Position numbers and translations under genes: made by a program. Source: Callorhinchus milii (taxonomy: Eukaryota). Taken from it: a stretch of 64,000 bases of DNA. Shown here piece after piece: positions 28,501 through 43,500 of this stretch (the first letter of the stretch is position 1; the number at the start of each line of letters is the position of its first letter). Under the pieces are notes generated by a model. That model was not told the origin of the DNA, made no database searches, and saw nothing but the letters and a program-made list of their open reading frames with translations. The stretch lies in assembly GCF_018977255.1 (NCBI RefSeq), contig NW_024704742.1:52702001-52766000 (forward strand), in the 5' to 3' direction.

Positions 28501-31500
28501 TTCCATCATAGCACCTAATTGTATTTTGAATAACCACAGTTTCTGCTTTCACTGTTCTTGATAGATTATTCCAAACAGTTTGGAATCATTCTTTGAGTAA
28601 AAGCATTTTCCTGTTATCTGTTCTAAATGTACTTTTCTCTCATTTCAATATATATCCCGTCTTCCTTAATTCATACTGCGCTAAATTAAAATAGGTTTCA
28701 CATATCATTAATCAAATTATTAATATGTTCTTGCCTTTTTTGGTTCTTCCTGCTGCCTGTCTTCTTGTCCCTCTTTGCGACCTGCAGATTGGCACAAGCA
28801 AAACAATAGGTATTTTTGGTAAACCAGACTTCCCACAAGAGAGCAAGAAATCTATGTAAACAAGCAGTGGTGCAGCAAAAAGCTTCACCTTTCTGCTTTG
28901 TGCAATACAAGCTGCCAAGGGCAAGGTGCCCTATTTGGCGGGCAGCATAAGCAATATGTTTGTGTTTCACTTCCAGAAACTTTTCTGGAACATAACATTT
29001 CCAGGTTATTGAGGATGAAAGGACCACTCTGGTAATAGATGAAAGGAGACTGGAGAAATTGTGGTTGGGCACATGGAGTCTGTTCAGTGGTTTTGATCCC
29101 ATTTGGTGTCTGAACTAACTCAGTACAGTGTCAAATTTTTGTTGTTATGTTTTTCACACTTATGGTTAGTATCAGGGGAGTGGAGTCTGAGAGGGGCGAG
29201 TTCCCATAACAAAAGAGAGTTCCAAAAACAAGGAGGAGGATGCAAAATAAAGGGGCTAAAGAACCTGGCAGGAAGACTATTTGGGAAGTCTGTTCTAGGA
29301 ACTGGGAGAGATTCAAGACCTTTCAAACGAAGCTGTGAATCAAGACCTTTCAAACGTAGCAGTGAATCAAGATCTGAAGCTACAACACCTCTAACTGTAA
29401 CACTTATTCTTTTTCATTCAAGCATTTGTATCAAAGACACACTATAAAATCTACCATCTCTGTAAATATCTGTGTGTTCCGTTAATTAAAATTCAGTGGA
29501 AAATCACTGACTATTCAGTCTTCAAATCACAGCAGCCTATGAATTAGACCGGAACTGCAAAAAAGTACTCAATCACGTAGCAGTAATATCATCTGCCCAG
29601 ATGCCCAAAATGAGCAAGACAGTGGGTAGAACTTGTCCAAACCCAGGAGACTCAATTTGTGGCACAAGGATCACAGCTTCTCAATGTACATTTCAGTCTA
29701 TTCTACAATGTGTAAAAAGGAATAATGCCGTCATTTTAATCTTCCTGGATTTCAAAAATGTGTTGAAATATAAGGTGATTTTCTTTTTATTCTGAGAGGC
29801 AGTTTGTTGTTCTGAATCTCATGACGGAAATGAAATTATTCCTATTAAATAAAATTCTTCCTCATTGATTTTTGAGTGCACTGGAAATCAATTGGTGCCA
29901 AAGAAAGATGCGCCAGAAAGAAAAGTTCCCATTAAGAGTAACTCTATTAAATAACATCAATCGTAACATCAGATAATTGAGCATTTTGTGTTGCATTGCT
30001 CTTATTGTCAATTTCGTACAGTGAAAAGTACCTTCAGGTAATAACATGGCCACTTGGGTCTTCGCAGCTTCATGACCGAGGTCACGAAAACAGCTTCCCA
30101 TGAGTACAGACGGAGAGGAGGCAGGCATCGTCTATGAGACAATTAACACATCTTGAAATGTCTAAATTCTAAATTACCCTGAAGCCTTTTCTCTTTGACC
30201 GTGCCTTTTTCCCTGGCTCAGCATCAAACTATGCCATTGTTAAGTGCTCTGAGACACTTCCCTGCGTGAAGGGTGCCATATAAATGCATGTTGTGTAAAG
30301 AGATATTTTCACTTTAATTGCTCAAAGATTCACATTTCTTGCATTGCATTTGTAGCAGCTATTAGCTTAGCTTTATGCCATACAGTATTTCATCTTGTTC
30401 CAATTTAGAAAATAAATTGTACGATATAATCAAAACTTCCAAAATAAATTTTCTTAATTATACTAAATAAAACTCAGACAATGGTAGTGTCAAATCAAAC
30501 AATAATTGATTCTGGTGTGAAATCTTGTATCTTTGTAAAATGTCGTGATTCTACAAGTCAACCACAAAATACAGTCACTACACTTTACAATATATTCTGT
30601 GAAGCATTTGAGACAGCTTAATGCTGTGATAAGGCACTATATCAAATCCAACGCTTATTGTTATTATATTTTAAAATTAATGTAATTTCCTAGAATTACC
30701 AATAATAATTATGAAATCATATATGACATCACTCATTGGTAGAGAAAATTATAAAGTAAGAATATATTTAAACAGCAATTTAGGCAAAGAAATGTTAAAA
30801 TGTGATTCTTACTTGCTCAGGGAATAAGTGAGAGGAATTTCCCAGGTGATGAGATATTAAAATTGTTGATGGTTTCCGTTGTGCACACACTCGTATTTGA
30901 TTTGTTTTTGTACCAAACATCTTAAATTTTATGCGCAATTAAAAAATTCTGCTTGAGCTATGTTGGGTGCTCAAGACGTTTCATTAGCGCTCCTCACTGG
31001 TCTCCCTCGTTCCACCATTCACAAGTTGCAACTCATTCAAAACTCATCCTCATCCACAACAAACTCTGTACTCTGCATCTCCCCTGTCCTCACCAGTCTA
31101 TACACGTGTAATTTTGTTGTTGTCTTTCCTAAGCTACTGTTCTTACTGTAGGTCTCAGTTTTCTTTTCTGTTGAGCTCTTGTGGCTTCTTGTCCACCCAT
31201 AAGTGGAAAACGTGGAGAGGTAGCTGGTCCTAGAAAGAAAATGAACTATTTATATTCATGGAATACTATATTTTATATTACTTCCAATAAAATCCAATCA
31301 GTGCTGAATCCTGGCTATCAAAAAATGAATTGTTTTCTTAAAAGAGATTATATTTGCTCTGTTGGAAGTGAGAATTACACATTGAACGGACATAAATGCA
31401 GCATTATAATTCCAAAAGGATTCCAATGTTCCAGAATAACTGCAGTGGCACTGAAATATATTCACAAAAGATAACTCTTGAATGAATTGCACTTGTGTTG

Positions 31501-34500
31501 TGTGCAGTATATTTTCAGAAAATTTACAATATACAATAAACTCCTGATCACTCAACCCTTGCTTAAAGTGTAACTACCACACATGTCAGCATGCAGTCAA
31601 TATCCTGGCCACATTTATTTTTGTATTTATATATATGCCTAGTTCGACATTCAGCCCTTTCGCTTGGAGTGATGAGTTTTCAGGAGTTTATTGTAAAATA
31701 AATATGAAAGAAAATGAAAAATTGTTTGAATCCATAAACACATTTACTAGAGGTTTAAAAATCCTCGAAAGTTGGTTCAATATCCACCTCGAAGGTATGA
31801 ATTGGCAACACTCTCACTTCTCAATCTAAAGGTTGTGAGTTCAAGCCCCATGTCAGGACTTTGAGCTGAGTCAAGGCTGACACGCCAATGCATTGCATTG
31901 TTGGTGTTGCCTTTCTTTAGATGTCACATTAAACCAAGATCTTTTCCCCCTGTTCAGGTGGACATTCAAGATCCCCTTGTGCAACTTCCATCTGGCAAAC
32001 TAGTAATTCAATTGAAATGAGAGGAATTATAGCTCAAAGCAATTAATATTAACGTAAAAAAATTAATTTAGGAAAAGGATAAGAAAAAACACAAGCAACC
32101 AGTCAATGATAGAATTGAAAGCCATGAATGCTATCCTAATAAGTCAGAAAAATATCCTTCACCTTTTGCGATATATTGCGATTTTCACAATCTGTGGGGG
32201 AGAGATTCCATTGAAATTTAGCTTGATTCTATTTATGTAACATTTTAAAGTGGTCCAGAATTTGGCAATTTTTTTTAATTCAGTCTCAACTTGACGTTGG
32301 CTTTTTGTAGTTCTTAAACTTATGGAAAACCAGCTTCAAAATTAACAACAACAAACAACAAATTGCATTTATATAGCACCTTTCATGTCAATAGGATGTC
32401 CCAAGGTGCTGAATAGTCAGGGATTTGAATCCAAGCAAGAAATTAGGATCAGGAGGGATGAATGGTAGGGAGAGTAGGGGTAGGAGGGTGACCGAAGGTG
32501 CAATCGAAGAGGAGGGCCTTGAGACCTCCCTTGAAGAAGGCAAGGGAGGGAGCAAGGCAAAGACACCGTGGGATGGAGTTCCAAAGGGTGGAGGCAGAAA
32601 GGCTGAAATGAAAACTGCAAAATTAAAACTGAATTTGCCAAATTCTGGATGCTCTGAAATGCTACATAAATAGATTAAATCCGGACACTGGTGAAATTCC
32701 ACTCCACTCCCCCCCTCCTCCCCCCACCCCCCACCCACCCTCATTTCATTATTTGTGATAGCTATGACTTCTGCCTACCAAGAATAGGATTAGACTTTTC
32801 ACAGTCAGTAAATCTCACATTCCAAGTAGGAAAGTATTCAACATGTTGAAGGGTTGATTACATAAATAGGGTAAAATTATTTCCACTGAACACTGAATCA
32901 TAAATTTTAGGTCAGCACCAAAAAAAAAGGTTAGATGAATTATTCTGCACAGAGGATTATTAGGGCATAGAGTACCTGAGCTCAATTTCCCTTGGGTGGA
33001 AAGGTTAAGAGAGAGGAAGAATAGAGGGAAGTTAATTCTGCTCTGCAATTGGATTTTCTGAAACTTCTTGACAATCTACACAGTAAGTTTCAACAGGATC
33101 CATAGAATCGCAAATGTTTGCCCAAGCAGATAAAATTGGTGGTTCATAAAGTTACCTTCAACTACACTTAGTGGAGTCTAATTGATGGAAAGAATGATTG
33201 GCTGTAATTTGCAGAAATGAGGGCACCTGTCATTTCCTCTGTACACATATTTTGCTCAACTCACAAATTAGCCCCTACTGAGTCATTCAGGGCAGAGTGA
33301 GCTAGCTACAGTACAATGTGCAGTCGAAGATAGTCTAGATGTCAACCAATTTCGTTGAACTGCTAGCAGCATTCAGTGTAGGCAGGATAAATAAAGATTG
33401 AAATGACTAAATTTCTCCTGAAAGGTTGCCTTGTTTCAGTCATCTTTGGTGTTCAATCAAGACTGAGACCAGTTGATCTCAGTAGCCAGCTACCAGAACT
33501 GTTACTATACTACTTTATTCCAATTGGTACACTATGATTCACACCATGGATGAAGATCACAAAATCATTCCATAATCCTTCTCTTAAAATCCTTCAGAAC
33601 ATGTGGCACAGTGAATACCAGAAGTGTGTGGCACATATCACACAGATCTGTCATATGTTCTCAGGGTAGCAACAACTTGCATTTATATTGCACCCTTCCA
33701 TGTTCTATCAGCTTGTCTGGCAGACATCAAAGCTTGGATGTTTGTAAATTTCCTTCAGCTGAATAAGGACAAGACAGAAGCCATACTCCTTGGCTCCTAT
33801 CCATGTCTTCACTCCTGCAGTTCTAAACTCCTCAACCTCCCTGGGCTCTCCCTCAGACTCATCGAACCAGTGTGGAACCTGGGCATCCGGTTCAACCACC
33901 AGTTGTCCTTCCTCTCCCACAACTGGTCCCTGACCAGGACTGCCTTCTTCCATCTTCACCACATTGCCCGCCTCTGACCGTACATTACCACAAATGCAAC
34001 CGAAACCCTCGTGCATGCATTAGTCACCTCCCGCTTGGATTACTCCAACGCACTTCTCGCCAGTCTCCCCAGCTCCACTATTCATAAGATCCAACTCATT
34101 CAGAACTCTGCTGCCCACATTCTGACCTGGACCAAACTCCGTACCCACATCTCACCAGTTCTGGCCAGGCTCCACTGGTTCCCCATCACCGAACCGATCG
34201 ACTTCAAGATCCTCACACTCATGTTCAAATCCATTCACTCCCTGGCACATCCCTCCCTCTCCAACCTCCTCACTTCCCAATCCACCATCCGCTCGACTGG
34301 CACTGGCCTCCTACTTGTATTCTCGAACCCTCCGCCCCACCATTAGAGGTTGTGCTTTCAGCCACTACACTACAAAACTCTGGAACACTCTCCCTCAATC
34401 CCTCCTGCTTGCCCCCTCACTCCCCTGTTTCAAGTCCCGCCTGAAGACTTTCCTGTTCGACCGTGCTTACGGCCATCTGCCGCCTCCCCCTGGCTCAGAG

Positions 34501-37500
34501 TCAGGCTCCACCACTTTTAAGCGCTCTGAGACGCTATCCTGCATGGAGAGTGCTATATAAGTATACGTTATTGTTGTTGTTCCAAAGTTCCTTTAGCATA
34601 GTGGCTGAAAGCAAGGCTGTGATAGGGTAGTACTGAACTATACAGCCTCAGTTCAATCTATGTATTTAAATGCCCTCTATTGTAGTGCATATTGACAGCT
34701 ACATATCATTTTATATTTCTTTAGCAAACATTTAAAACACGGAGTCACCAGTGAAAGTTTCAGTCTTCCACATACCCAAGTCTTGTATTACATTTCAAAC
34801 CTCCTCCAAGGAAGGACTCTGAGCAGATATTGTGTCGATCGGGAACTGCTGAGAACAAAATAAAGACTTATGTGCTCAGCACAAACTCCCTGTACATATA
34901 ATCAATCAAAATTCTTTTTTTGTTTCAGTAAATGATTCCAGCCAGTGCAGGCGCACGTATTTCTAACATGTGTGCAATCAAATGCACTGAGGAAACCAGG
35001 AGTGTTACAAAAGACCTTGTTCTTACAAGATAATAGAGATAACTAATTACTCGACTCTCCAATACAGCCAAATTAAATCAATATAGTTACCCACCGATGC
35101 CTATTTCAAAACCAGTATGGTGTAAGGGAACACAGTAGCACAGATATAAAAAAACGGTTGCGAAGGCAGATCGTAAACTTTACTAACGTTTGACTCATTG
35201 TCTAAATTTGTCGCAGTTTCCAAATATAAATGTAGAGCGACCCCTTTAAGTTTTTAAAAAATGTTTTATTGGTGAGCGAGGTTAGGACTGCTCACCCCCA
35301 TGAACCCAATTATATCCAATCACGTTCCATTAGGGAATGAGCATTGTCCTGGCAGACAAGCCCCAATCCTCCCCAAAGGCTCATTTAGACCATCAAGCTT
35401 CCTTATCAATTCACTCTATCATATACTCTCCAAAATTGTCAAAGGACAACTCGGCTCTGATGCCCGCCTTCACGACCACCCAAGCAAGTTCAGGTGACCG
35501 GCTCTCCTCTCTGGCAGTACAAACCCAGCCTGAGCCTAGTGACCAAGTGCTTTGTATTCCAGTATCTCTGCTTCATCTTTGTGAGAGCAGATCAAACTCC
35601 TCAGATTGGAAGTAATATCGATCCCAACCAGGCACAGGAGCAGCTTGGTGCTCAGTAGTGCAATTCTTCCCATAAGAACCCTTATGTTATGGGTAAGATT
35701 CAGTCACGGCAGCATATCACAAGCAAATCTCAACAGGAGAACATTTCTGGTAGGTGCCAGAAGGAGTAACTGATAAAAACGCATGCTACACTTGACCCTA
35801 GCCAAAAGGCAGAGAAGCGATCACCTTTATAATGTGATCATTGGAATTCAATATATTAGAGTCTGTCTTATAAAGAAGAATGATAAAGTACATGGATACC
35901 AGTGTTAATGTCACTTCCTGTGAGTTGAACGCCTGAACAATAGTATGCATTCGCAGCACACAGGAAGTGACGTTAGCGGTGACCTGATGACATGGAGATC
36001 AGTCATTTTTTCACAGTGACAGGATTTTGAGTGGCATGATTTGGATTTTCAGGTAAAATAATTATTGCCATTATAGCAAGGCATATTCTAATGAAGAGCT
36101 GGCACATCTGGAAATACATTATATATTTTAATAAATTATTTTTGGTGTTCTTTGCATTTCCCCAAGTATTGCTATAAGGACTACAATCTATTCTTAACCT
36201 GTCCTTCCCACTCCTAATATGCAGTATATACATACATACATGTATATATATGTATATATACACACATACACAAACACACACACACACACACACACAGAGT
36301 TAACATTAAGGGAAATGCGGTGCAAATTTCCCTGGCCAACTCCAATAAATAGAATAATTTAGAGGAAATAGAGTGTAGAAATAATTTTAAAACTCATATA
36401 CATTTCTTTAAAATTATTAAGCCAAAAAAGTGTGTGGAAAGCAAAGTCTTAGGTTGAACAATAATAAAAAGGCAGAGCTTCCTAATAAAAATAATAAAAA
36501 AAGAGTTTATAAAACAATTGAAAATTACTGTGCACACGATTGCAAAAAAAGAGCAGAGTCTATGTTATACAGAGACTGCCTGTGTGTCCAGTGCTCAATC
36601 CTTTGGGTATCAGTAGCGTTAATTAGTTAGTAGTATAGTGCTGCGCTTGAAATATTGTCCAATTTACCATTTAAATTTTAAACACTCTGCAATTTGTGTT
36701 ACTATATTGCAATACATCAGAGTACTCTCAAGGTAGAATTAAAGTTATACGCTCTCTTCGGTTTCTCCTATTGCTTATCCAGCAAAATTTGCATTTGTTA
36801 AGATTTTATAGAGGTCTGATCCAGTCATTATTATTCAGCGTGTATATTGCTTTTAAAAATAGTGTCTTCATGGTGATTACATTATATGGCTGTATTCCAG
36901 AAAGGCAGGTTGAAATTTTAAACTAAATTTCACTTTCTTTGTATTCTCATACTTTAAATATTAATTGAATTTTCATCTGCTGTCAGTCCCATATGATTCT
37001 AAGCTCCATGGGCTGGCCACTTGTCTGCATGTATGATTCCTGTTTACATCCAGTAATGATGTCAGAATGTTTTATTGCTGTAATATTAATATCATAGTAT
37101 CAATCTAAAATGACACTGCAGTGCAGTGCTGGGAGAGTGCTGCATTGTCAGAGGTGCTATCCTTTCAGGGAGATGTTAAACCTAGGTCCAGTCTGCTTGT
37201 TCAGGTGGACGTTAAATGTCCCACACCACTATTCAAAAGGAGAAGGGAATTTCTCCTAATGTCCTGGCCAACAATCCACCCAATATAAAATTAGTCAATC
37301 ACTTCATTGCTGCTTGTGGACATGCTGTGTGCAAATTGGCTGATGAGTTCGCCTACAGATACACAGTCACTGCACTTTACAGTAAATCCTGCGACGTGCA
37401 TGGAAACATAGGAACATAGGAACAGGAGAAGGCCATTCAGCCCCTCGAGCCTGCCCCGCCATTCAATTAGATCATGGCTAATCTTACCTAACTCCAAATG

Positions 37501-40500
37501 TTTTTTCCAAATGAGACATTTCAACCATACGATAAGACACTATATTAAATGCAAGACTTGTTAAACTACTACAATATAGTGTTCAGGCTCTAGTTCTGTC
37601 TTTTTATAACTTTGGCCTATTCTTTCTACCTTTTCCTAGTCTTTAAGGCAGTATATCGCCGTCAGCATTCCAACACACTTCACCATGAATCCAACTAAAA
37701 AAAAAAATTCTGAAATACTATGAGGGGAGGAACATAACTAATGATCTGATAATTAAGGTGACACTTGCCACATGGACAAAAAATTTGTTCAAAAATAGTC
37801 TTTTGAACCCACCCATCCCCACCCCATCTGAATTCTAAATATTCACTGCTGTCATCTTTATGTTTAGCCAGTTGCCATTGATGCCAATCACGGGTTCATA
37901 TTTCAATCTGTTCCATAACAGACTGGTTTAGAATGACTAGTTGTTTCTTTCATCTCATTCTGATAAATAGGAAGTTTCTCACGGTCTCCGGTGTTCTGGC
38001 CAACAATCCCTCAAAAAAAATTGTTCCCTTTATGGCTGTTTGTGGGAAATTGCTGTGCACAAATTAGCTGATGTGCTCACCCACAAAAAACATAAAGTAA
38101 CACCACATTATGGTACATCTTGTAGAGCACTTTGAGACGGCTCGATAACCCGATAAGGCACTATATCAAATGCAAGGATAATAATAAATTTCCACCCCAC
38201 CAGGCTCTTACTTTGCAACAATGGTCCTTTGCATTTCATTTTCTCCTCCGAAAGGCTACGTGAGGGAACATCCTTCAGGATGACTACATCCTTTTGTGCT
38301 GATCGCTGAGCCCAGTCCTCTCTCTGTCGGCCCATCCTCAGATTTGTGACAATGTCACATCGGCCCTGATAAGGTATGAACAGCAAACAATTAAATAATG
38401 GTAATGCTCAATAAGATGAGACCATCAGTGAAAGCTACCTCTTCTTACTATCTATCTTTCAGAATAGCCTCAAAAATTATAAAAATCTGTAGAATCATAG
38501 AATTGTACAGCACATAGGAGAGCACTTGACCCTTGTACCCGTGCTTGCTCTCTCCTCTGCCCTTTTCCCACATGCTTTTGAATTTTGTGGAAATGCATGA
38601 GTGTGTTATTCTCATAAGTATCTGATATTGCTTGACACTGTTGGGAGGGTCAAAATCCTGGTAGGCAAACATTGTTAATCACAGTTAATAGCTTTTTTGT
38701 ACTACTTCAGATATACTCAGCTATTCCAGCGGAGGCACTTATCTTCCCAAACACTATTCAGCAAGTATGAACTACACAAAGGGGAGAAGTTTTTAAAGCC
38801 TGGAGCACAGAATTATCTATTCCATCAGAAACCAGCATGGTAAGCTATGTGGTTTTAGCTAGTTGAATTCCAGCAGTATTCCAACACACAGGGTCCGTAA
38901 GCCTTGGTTTTTGCCAACCTCTGCCTAATACTCTCCAGAATTTGGTAACCAGGATGCATCCCTCTGGAGAAACATTCAAAACATGGAAATTTTCATGGAA
39001 TTTTGTGAAGCACTGAGACCCTCCTGACATGAAAGGTTTTATATCAATGATTATTTGTATTATTATTTGAAGGTATAATAATAGAGACAGGGATAAACAT
39101 TCCATTGTCATTGAACTGTGAAGGTGGTTTCCTGCTATCCTATCCAAATCTATATGATTTCTGAAGTTTGATTTCAGGCATTTAGAAGAGCTGGTCTGGG
39201 ATTAAAGCACATGAGTGTGTATTGTATCAAGGCAGGTTTTCTTAAAGTGGCTTCTTGCAGAAGAGTTTCAAGAAACAGTAATATTTCTCTAGATTGTCAA
39301 AATCCTCCCGATGTGAAAGGTGCTATATAAGTATAACAACAACAACTATAAATTGGTATAAAGCATAGCAAATCTGAACTAACATCCTATAATGCAATAT
39401 ACACATGCACACACTTTAATGTTAATGGATCTGAACAAGCATAAGCGCTCTGAGACGCTACCCTGTTTGGAGGCAGCTATGTAAGTGCAAGTTGTTGTTG
39501 TAAGGACAAATGCACTGGTGTGTATAGCCCTGATAAGAATATGTGGTAATATAGTTACAAAGGTCCTATTAAGAACACAAAGGCAAAATACACATGGATT
39601 AATTGTTATTATGGCAATGAAGACTGCAGTAATGTTGCAAGCCTATGGAAGTTCATATAGTACTTACCGATTTGACAACCACGATGAAAGAAGAGTTGTG
39701 GCTTTCAGGAATGACTGCTGTTCCTGATCTGTGAGAGAGACCGAAACGTGACTGCACAAACTGTGCAGGAAATAATGATGTACAACTAATTTCCAGATTC
39801 TCTGTGGGTAAAATTGTTTTTATTGACTGTGCAGTTGAAATTAATTCTGTAGCTGCCGCTCAGAGAAGGATAATGACCCCCTTCTCCACATAAGAGGGCT
39901 GAGGGATTGCTGTGCTATACTGTGTCATGCTGTCAAGCCACACACTGTTTCCTGCACCTTTACGTGTGTGGGAAACAGGTATTTGATGATATACAATATT
40001 TCACGTTCTTGCCTGTAATAATCAATAAACTGCATCTCCGAAGTGACTATCTTTCAGCCATTCTGCCCTCACTCTCTGGAACTACATCCTTGAATCTCTC
40101 TGATTTGCCCGACCAACCCCATCTTCAAAGCCCATCCATAGCTCATTCTAACTCTTTGATCATGCTTTTGGTCATCCCCCACTACACCACTACACTCTTC
40201 AGTTTACCAAGCCCACCCCACCCGCTTTCCGCCTCCTCACTCCGGCTAAGGTGCTCAGTCAGTTGGATAAAGCACTTTGAGACATCCTCCAATTTGAAAG
40301 GCACTAAAATTGTGTTGTATTATTGTATCTGTCACATGAATGTAAGCTAAAAAATGAAATTCCTGTCATTATTATTATCCGTGTTATGTCCTATCCTGTC
40401 TGTATTTTGGGCACGCATTCTGAATATAGTACTATTTCAGATTTATACATTCCATAATCTGGTAATAAAGATGCTGTTCACAGCCCCTAGCATTTTTCAC

Positions 40501-43500
40501 GTCTGATCTCATTTTTTCTAATGTTCTCCTTTCTTGATGCTAATAAATCACACAGGGAGCAGCCGTACTCCAGTACTGCACCCAAATTGTCCATTCTTCA
40601 TGCATAGGCTAGACATTGAGTGTTTGAAGGGTATTGAACCGTGGGGAGAGGTTAATCAGACCCAAGCTTATTCCTGTGCTCACCCAATACTTGCACAGAC
40701 ACACATTCCAGCAGGAATCACTGAATTCCTACTCCAGTGGCCTCAGGTCAATTGTAGCACTCCAACTTCTGCCCTAGTTCAGCACATTACCAATGATTTC
40801 TTGGAAAATCACAGGTTTTTGTCTGGCCAAAATCCATGTTTTGTTGTCTATGTTCAGAAATAATTAAAAATGTATTATTTACCTTCAACTGTTAAAATGG
40901 CTGAACCGTGGTGCAGAGACACTACAGAAGGAAGGGTGAAAATGAAGAAACAAGAGAAACAGGAAGGAAAAGGAAAAGGAAAAGGGGAAATAAACATGAA
41001 ATGGAGTGAAAACAGAAAGAGGAAAATGAACCAGCAGAGAAACCAGAGCAGAAATAGGAATTGAACAGGAAGAGGCGGTGGAAAGGGAACACGAATCTAC
41101 AGGAAGAGGAAAAGAAAGGAAGAAGAGAAGGAAGAAGACAATAAACAACAACAGCAACAACTTGCAATTATATAGCGCCCCTAAACATTTGCATGGACCC
41201 AGTTTATTACAATAAAGAGCTAAAGATGCTTCTAACCTGTAATGTCGCAGCAAACAACTGTGGGAAAGAAGCAGGAGCTTTTCCAGGGACCAAGGGGTGA
41301 ATATTGGGAGGGACCTGCCAGGAACATTGAATTAAAATCAAATGAATATTTACATACACTGCAGTTAATCTTTTAAGACTTGATAAATGTTTTACTGTGT
41401 CAACAAACTTGTTCAGTTTTATTTCCTACTCCTTCCTATATTATAAGAATTGCTAATAGGTATATACAGCATATGGGAAAATTGGTCCTGTGATACTATC
41501 ATCAGTGATATAATATGTGGGTGCATGGATTTTTATTGCAATATGCGATTATTGCTAAATGTCTTGTAATTCCAATATTTATGGATACCAGCACAAAATA
41601 AACAACAGTAATTTGAGTTTACTATTTATTCTATCTATTAGGAAAGCACACCCTGATAACCTACACCAGATTTGTGCAGTTACTATCATAGAAAAGTGTA
41701 CTGCAATTGTCTGCACTGATTATCTTGCATTGTACTGCACTGAAAAAGAAAAAGGCACTTAAACTAGAGAAATTTAAAGAAACAAAAAGATTTTTCAGCT
41801 CCTAATAGCTTCAGTCAGGTTTCGAATCAATGTTGAAATAATATAACAAGATTATAACTTTTTAAAAGTTTGTTCCAATATTATTCCAGAAAATATTGTT
41901 ATTTATTTTCTGTGCATTTCCTGAATTTTACTTGATATAATAATAATCCTTGCATTTGAAATAACCCCTTATCACATTGTTGAGACATCGCAAAGCATTT
42001 CATAGGATTTTACTGTGAAATATAGTGAAGTAACTGCACTTAGTTCATCAGCTATTCTTTTGAACACAAGATTTGTGTGCTGTATTTTGAAAACTGAGAT
42101 TTTTCCACTGCTGCAGGGAAAAATAGGCTTGCTATTTAATCAGATTTTCTCAAGGACACATGTAAAGGATATATGTTAATCATGCCTCAAGATTTGATCA
42201 ATTCTGCATTTCTGAAATTTGGGGAGGTTTGTCCATTCAAGTCTATCGGCAGCCTGGCTCAGTTGATAGCAATCTCATGTCTGAGTGAGAAGGTTGCAAG
42301 TTCAAGGCCGATATCAAGACTTGGAACTCATATAGTCTAAACAGACCAATACAGTGCTAGGGGCCATGCTGCATTGTTAGAGGTGCCATTCTTTAGATGA
42401 GACATTAAACCAACATCTTTGCCTGTCAAGCGGATACTAAAGGTCCCATGGTACTATCTGAAAAGAGAAGGGAGTTTTTTCAGGGGTTCTGGCCAACAAT
42501 TCCCCAAATAAAATTGGTCACTCACTTCACAGCTGTTTTTGGGTTGTTGCTGTGCACAAATTAGATGCTGTGTTCATCAACAAAACACAGTCACTGCACT
42601 TTACAGTAAATCCTGTGAAGCACTTTGAGATGTCCTCCTGACGCTGAAAGGCACCTTATCAAATGTAAGGGTTAAAAGTCTTCTGGTATAAATCTAAAAT
42701 GTCATGATTTTGGCTAACCAATATTAATCTGCTTCCGAAGGACTGTCTTAAATTTTTGGAAACACGGTGTAACTTCTCTTTGCTCAAGCCATTTCCAAGC
42801 ACCCTCTTGTGGATAAAAAATAAAAATCACGCTGTAAACACAGTGAGAACCAATGTATAAACTCTATGTGGCACCTGTTATAAAGAAAGAGAATAGTAAA
42901 GGGTGTGGGGAGGCAGAGGAGACTGTGATTACCTAGACAGTTCCTATGTTGAAAACCACCAAATATGATGTGATTAGTCAAATGGCTTGTCCTTTTGCTG
43001 TTTCATTCTATGAATGTATGTTATTAATCAATAACAACAAGATTACATTTGTATAGCGCTTTTCATGTTGGGAGACGTCCCAAGGAGCTGAAACATACTT
43101 TCCATAAAATCCAATTGACAAAACGGGTCACGTAGAGCAGTATAATCCACTCTAAACTTCATCCCTTTCTCTGGGTTCATTACTTTCCATGGACTAAGTG
43201 CTAGTGACTGGGAGCCAAGAACGAGAATAGAAATATCCATTTTGTATGGCCAAGTGCCCTTCATGTTCACAGGAATAAACCCAGGTTGACAATTGGAATA
43301 GTTTTGGAAATTGCAATTAGCTATTTTGCAAAATCACAAATTGGACAGCTCCAGGTACAGTATTTGCAAATGGAAGTCACAACTAACTGCATGAGTTCTG
43401 TTTTCGCATATCACAAATCAGATCTCAGAGCTACACAAATGCTGTCCCTTTTGAGACATTTTGAGACACCAATGATCCCATAGGAAATTGTCCATGTGAC

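Noticed and set aside
28900..29000. About 100-bp similarity to 51480-51570
   Set aside because: Too short and diverged to classify; probably an old repeat remnant.
29313..29372. Short direct repeats considered as CRISPR-like
   Set aside because: Contiguous tandem copies with no spacers, in eukaryotic DNA.
34801..34848. Possible symmetric 48-nt extra exon of the CNBD2-like gene ([16 protein letters not shown])
   Set aside because: Good acceptor but weak GTTTGA donor, and not needed for phase; cannot be supported without transcripts.
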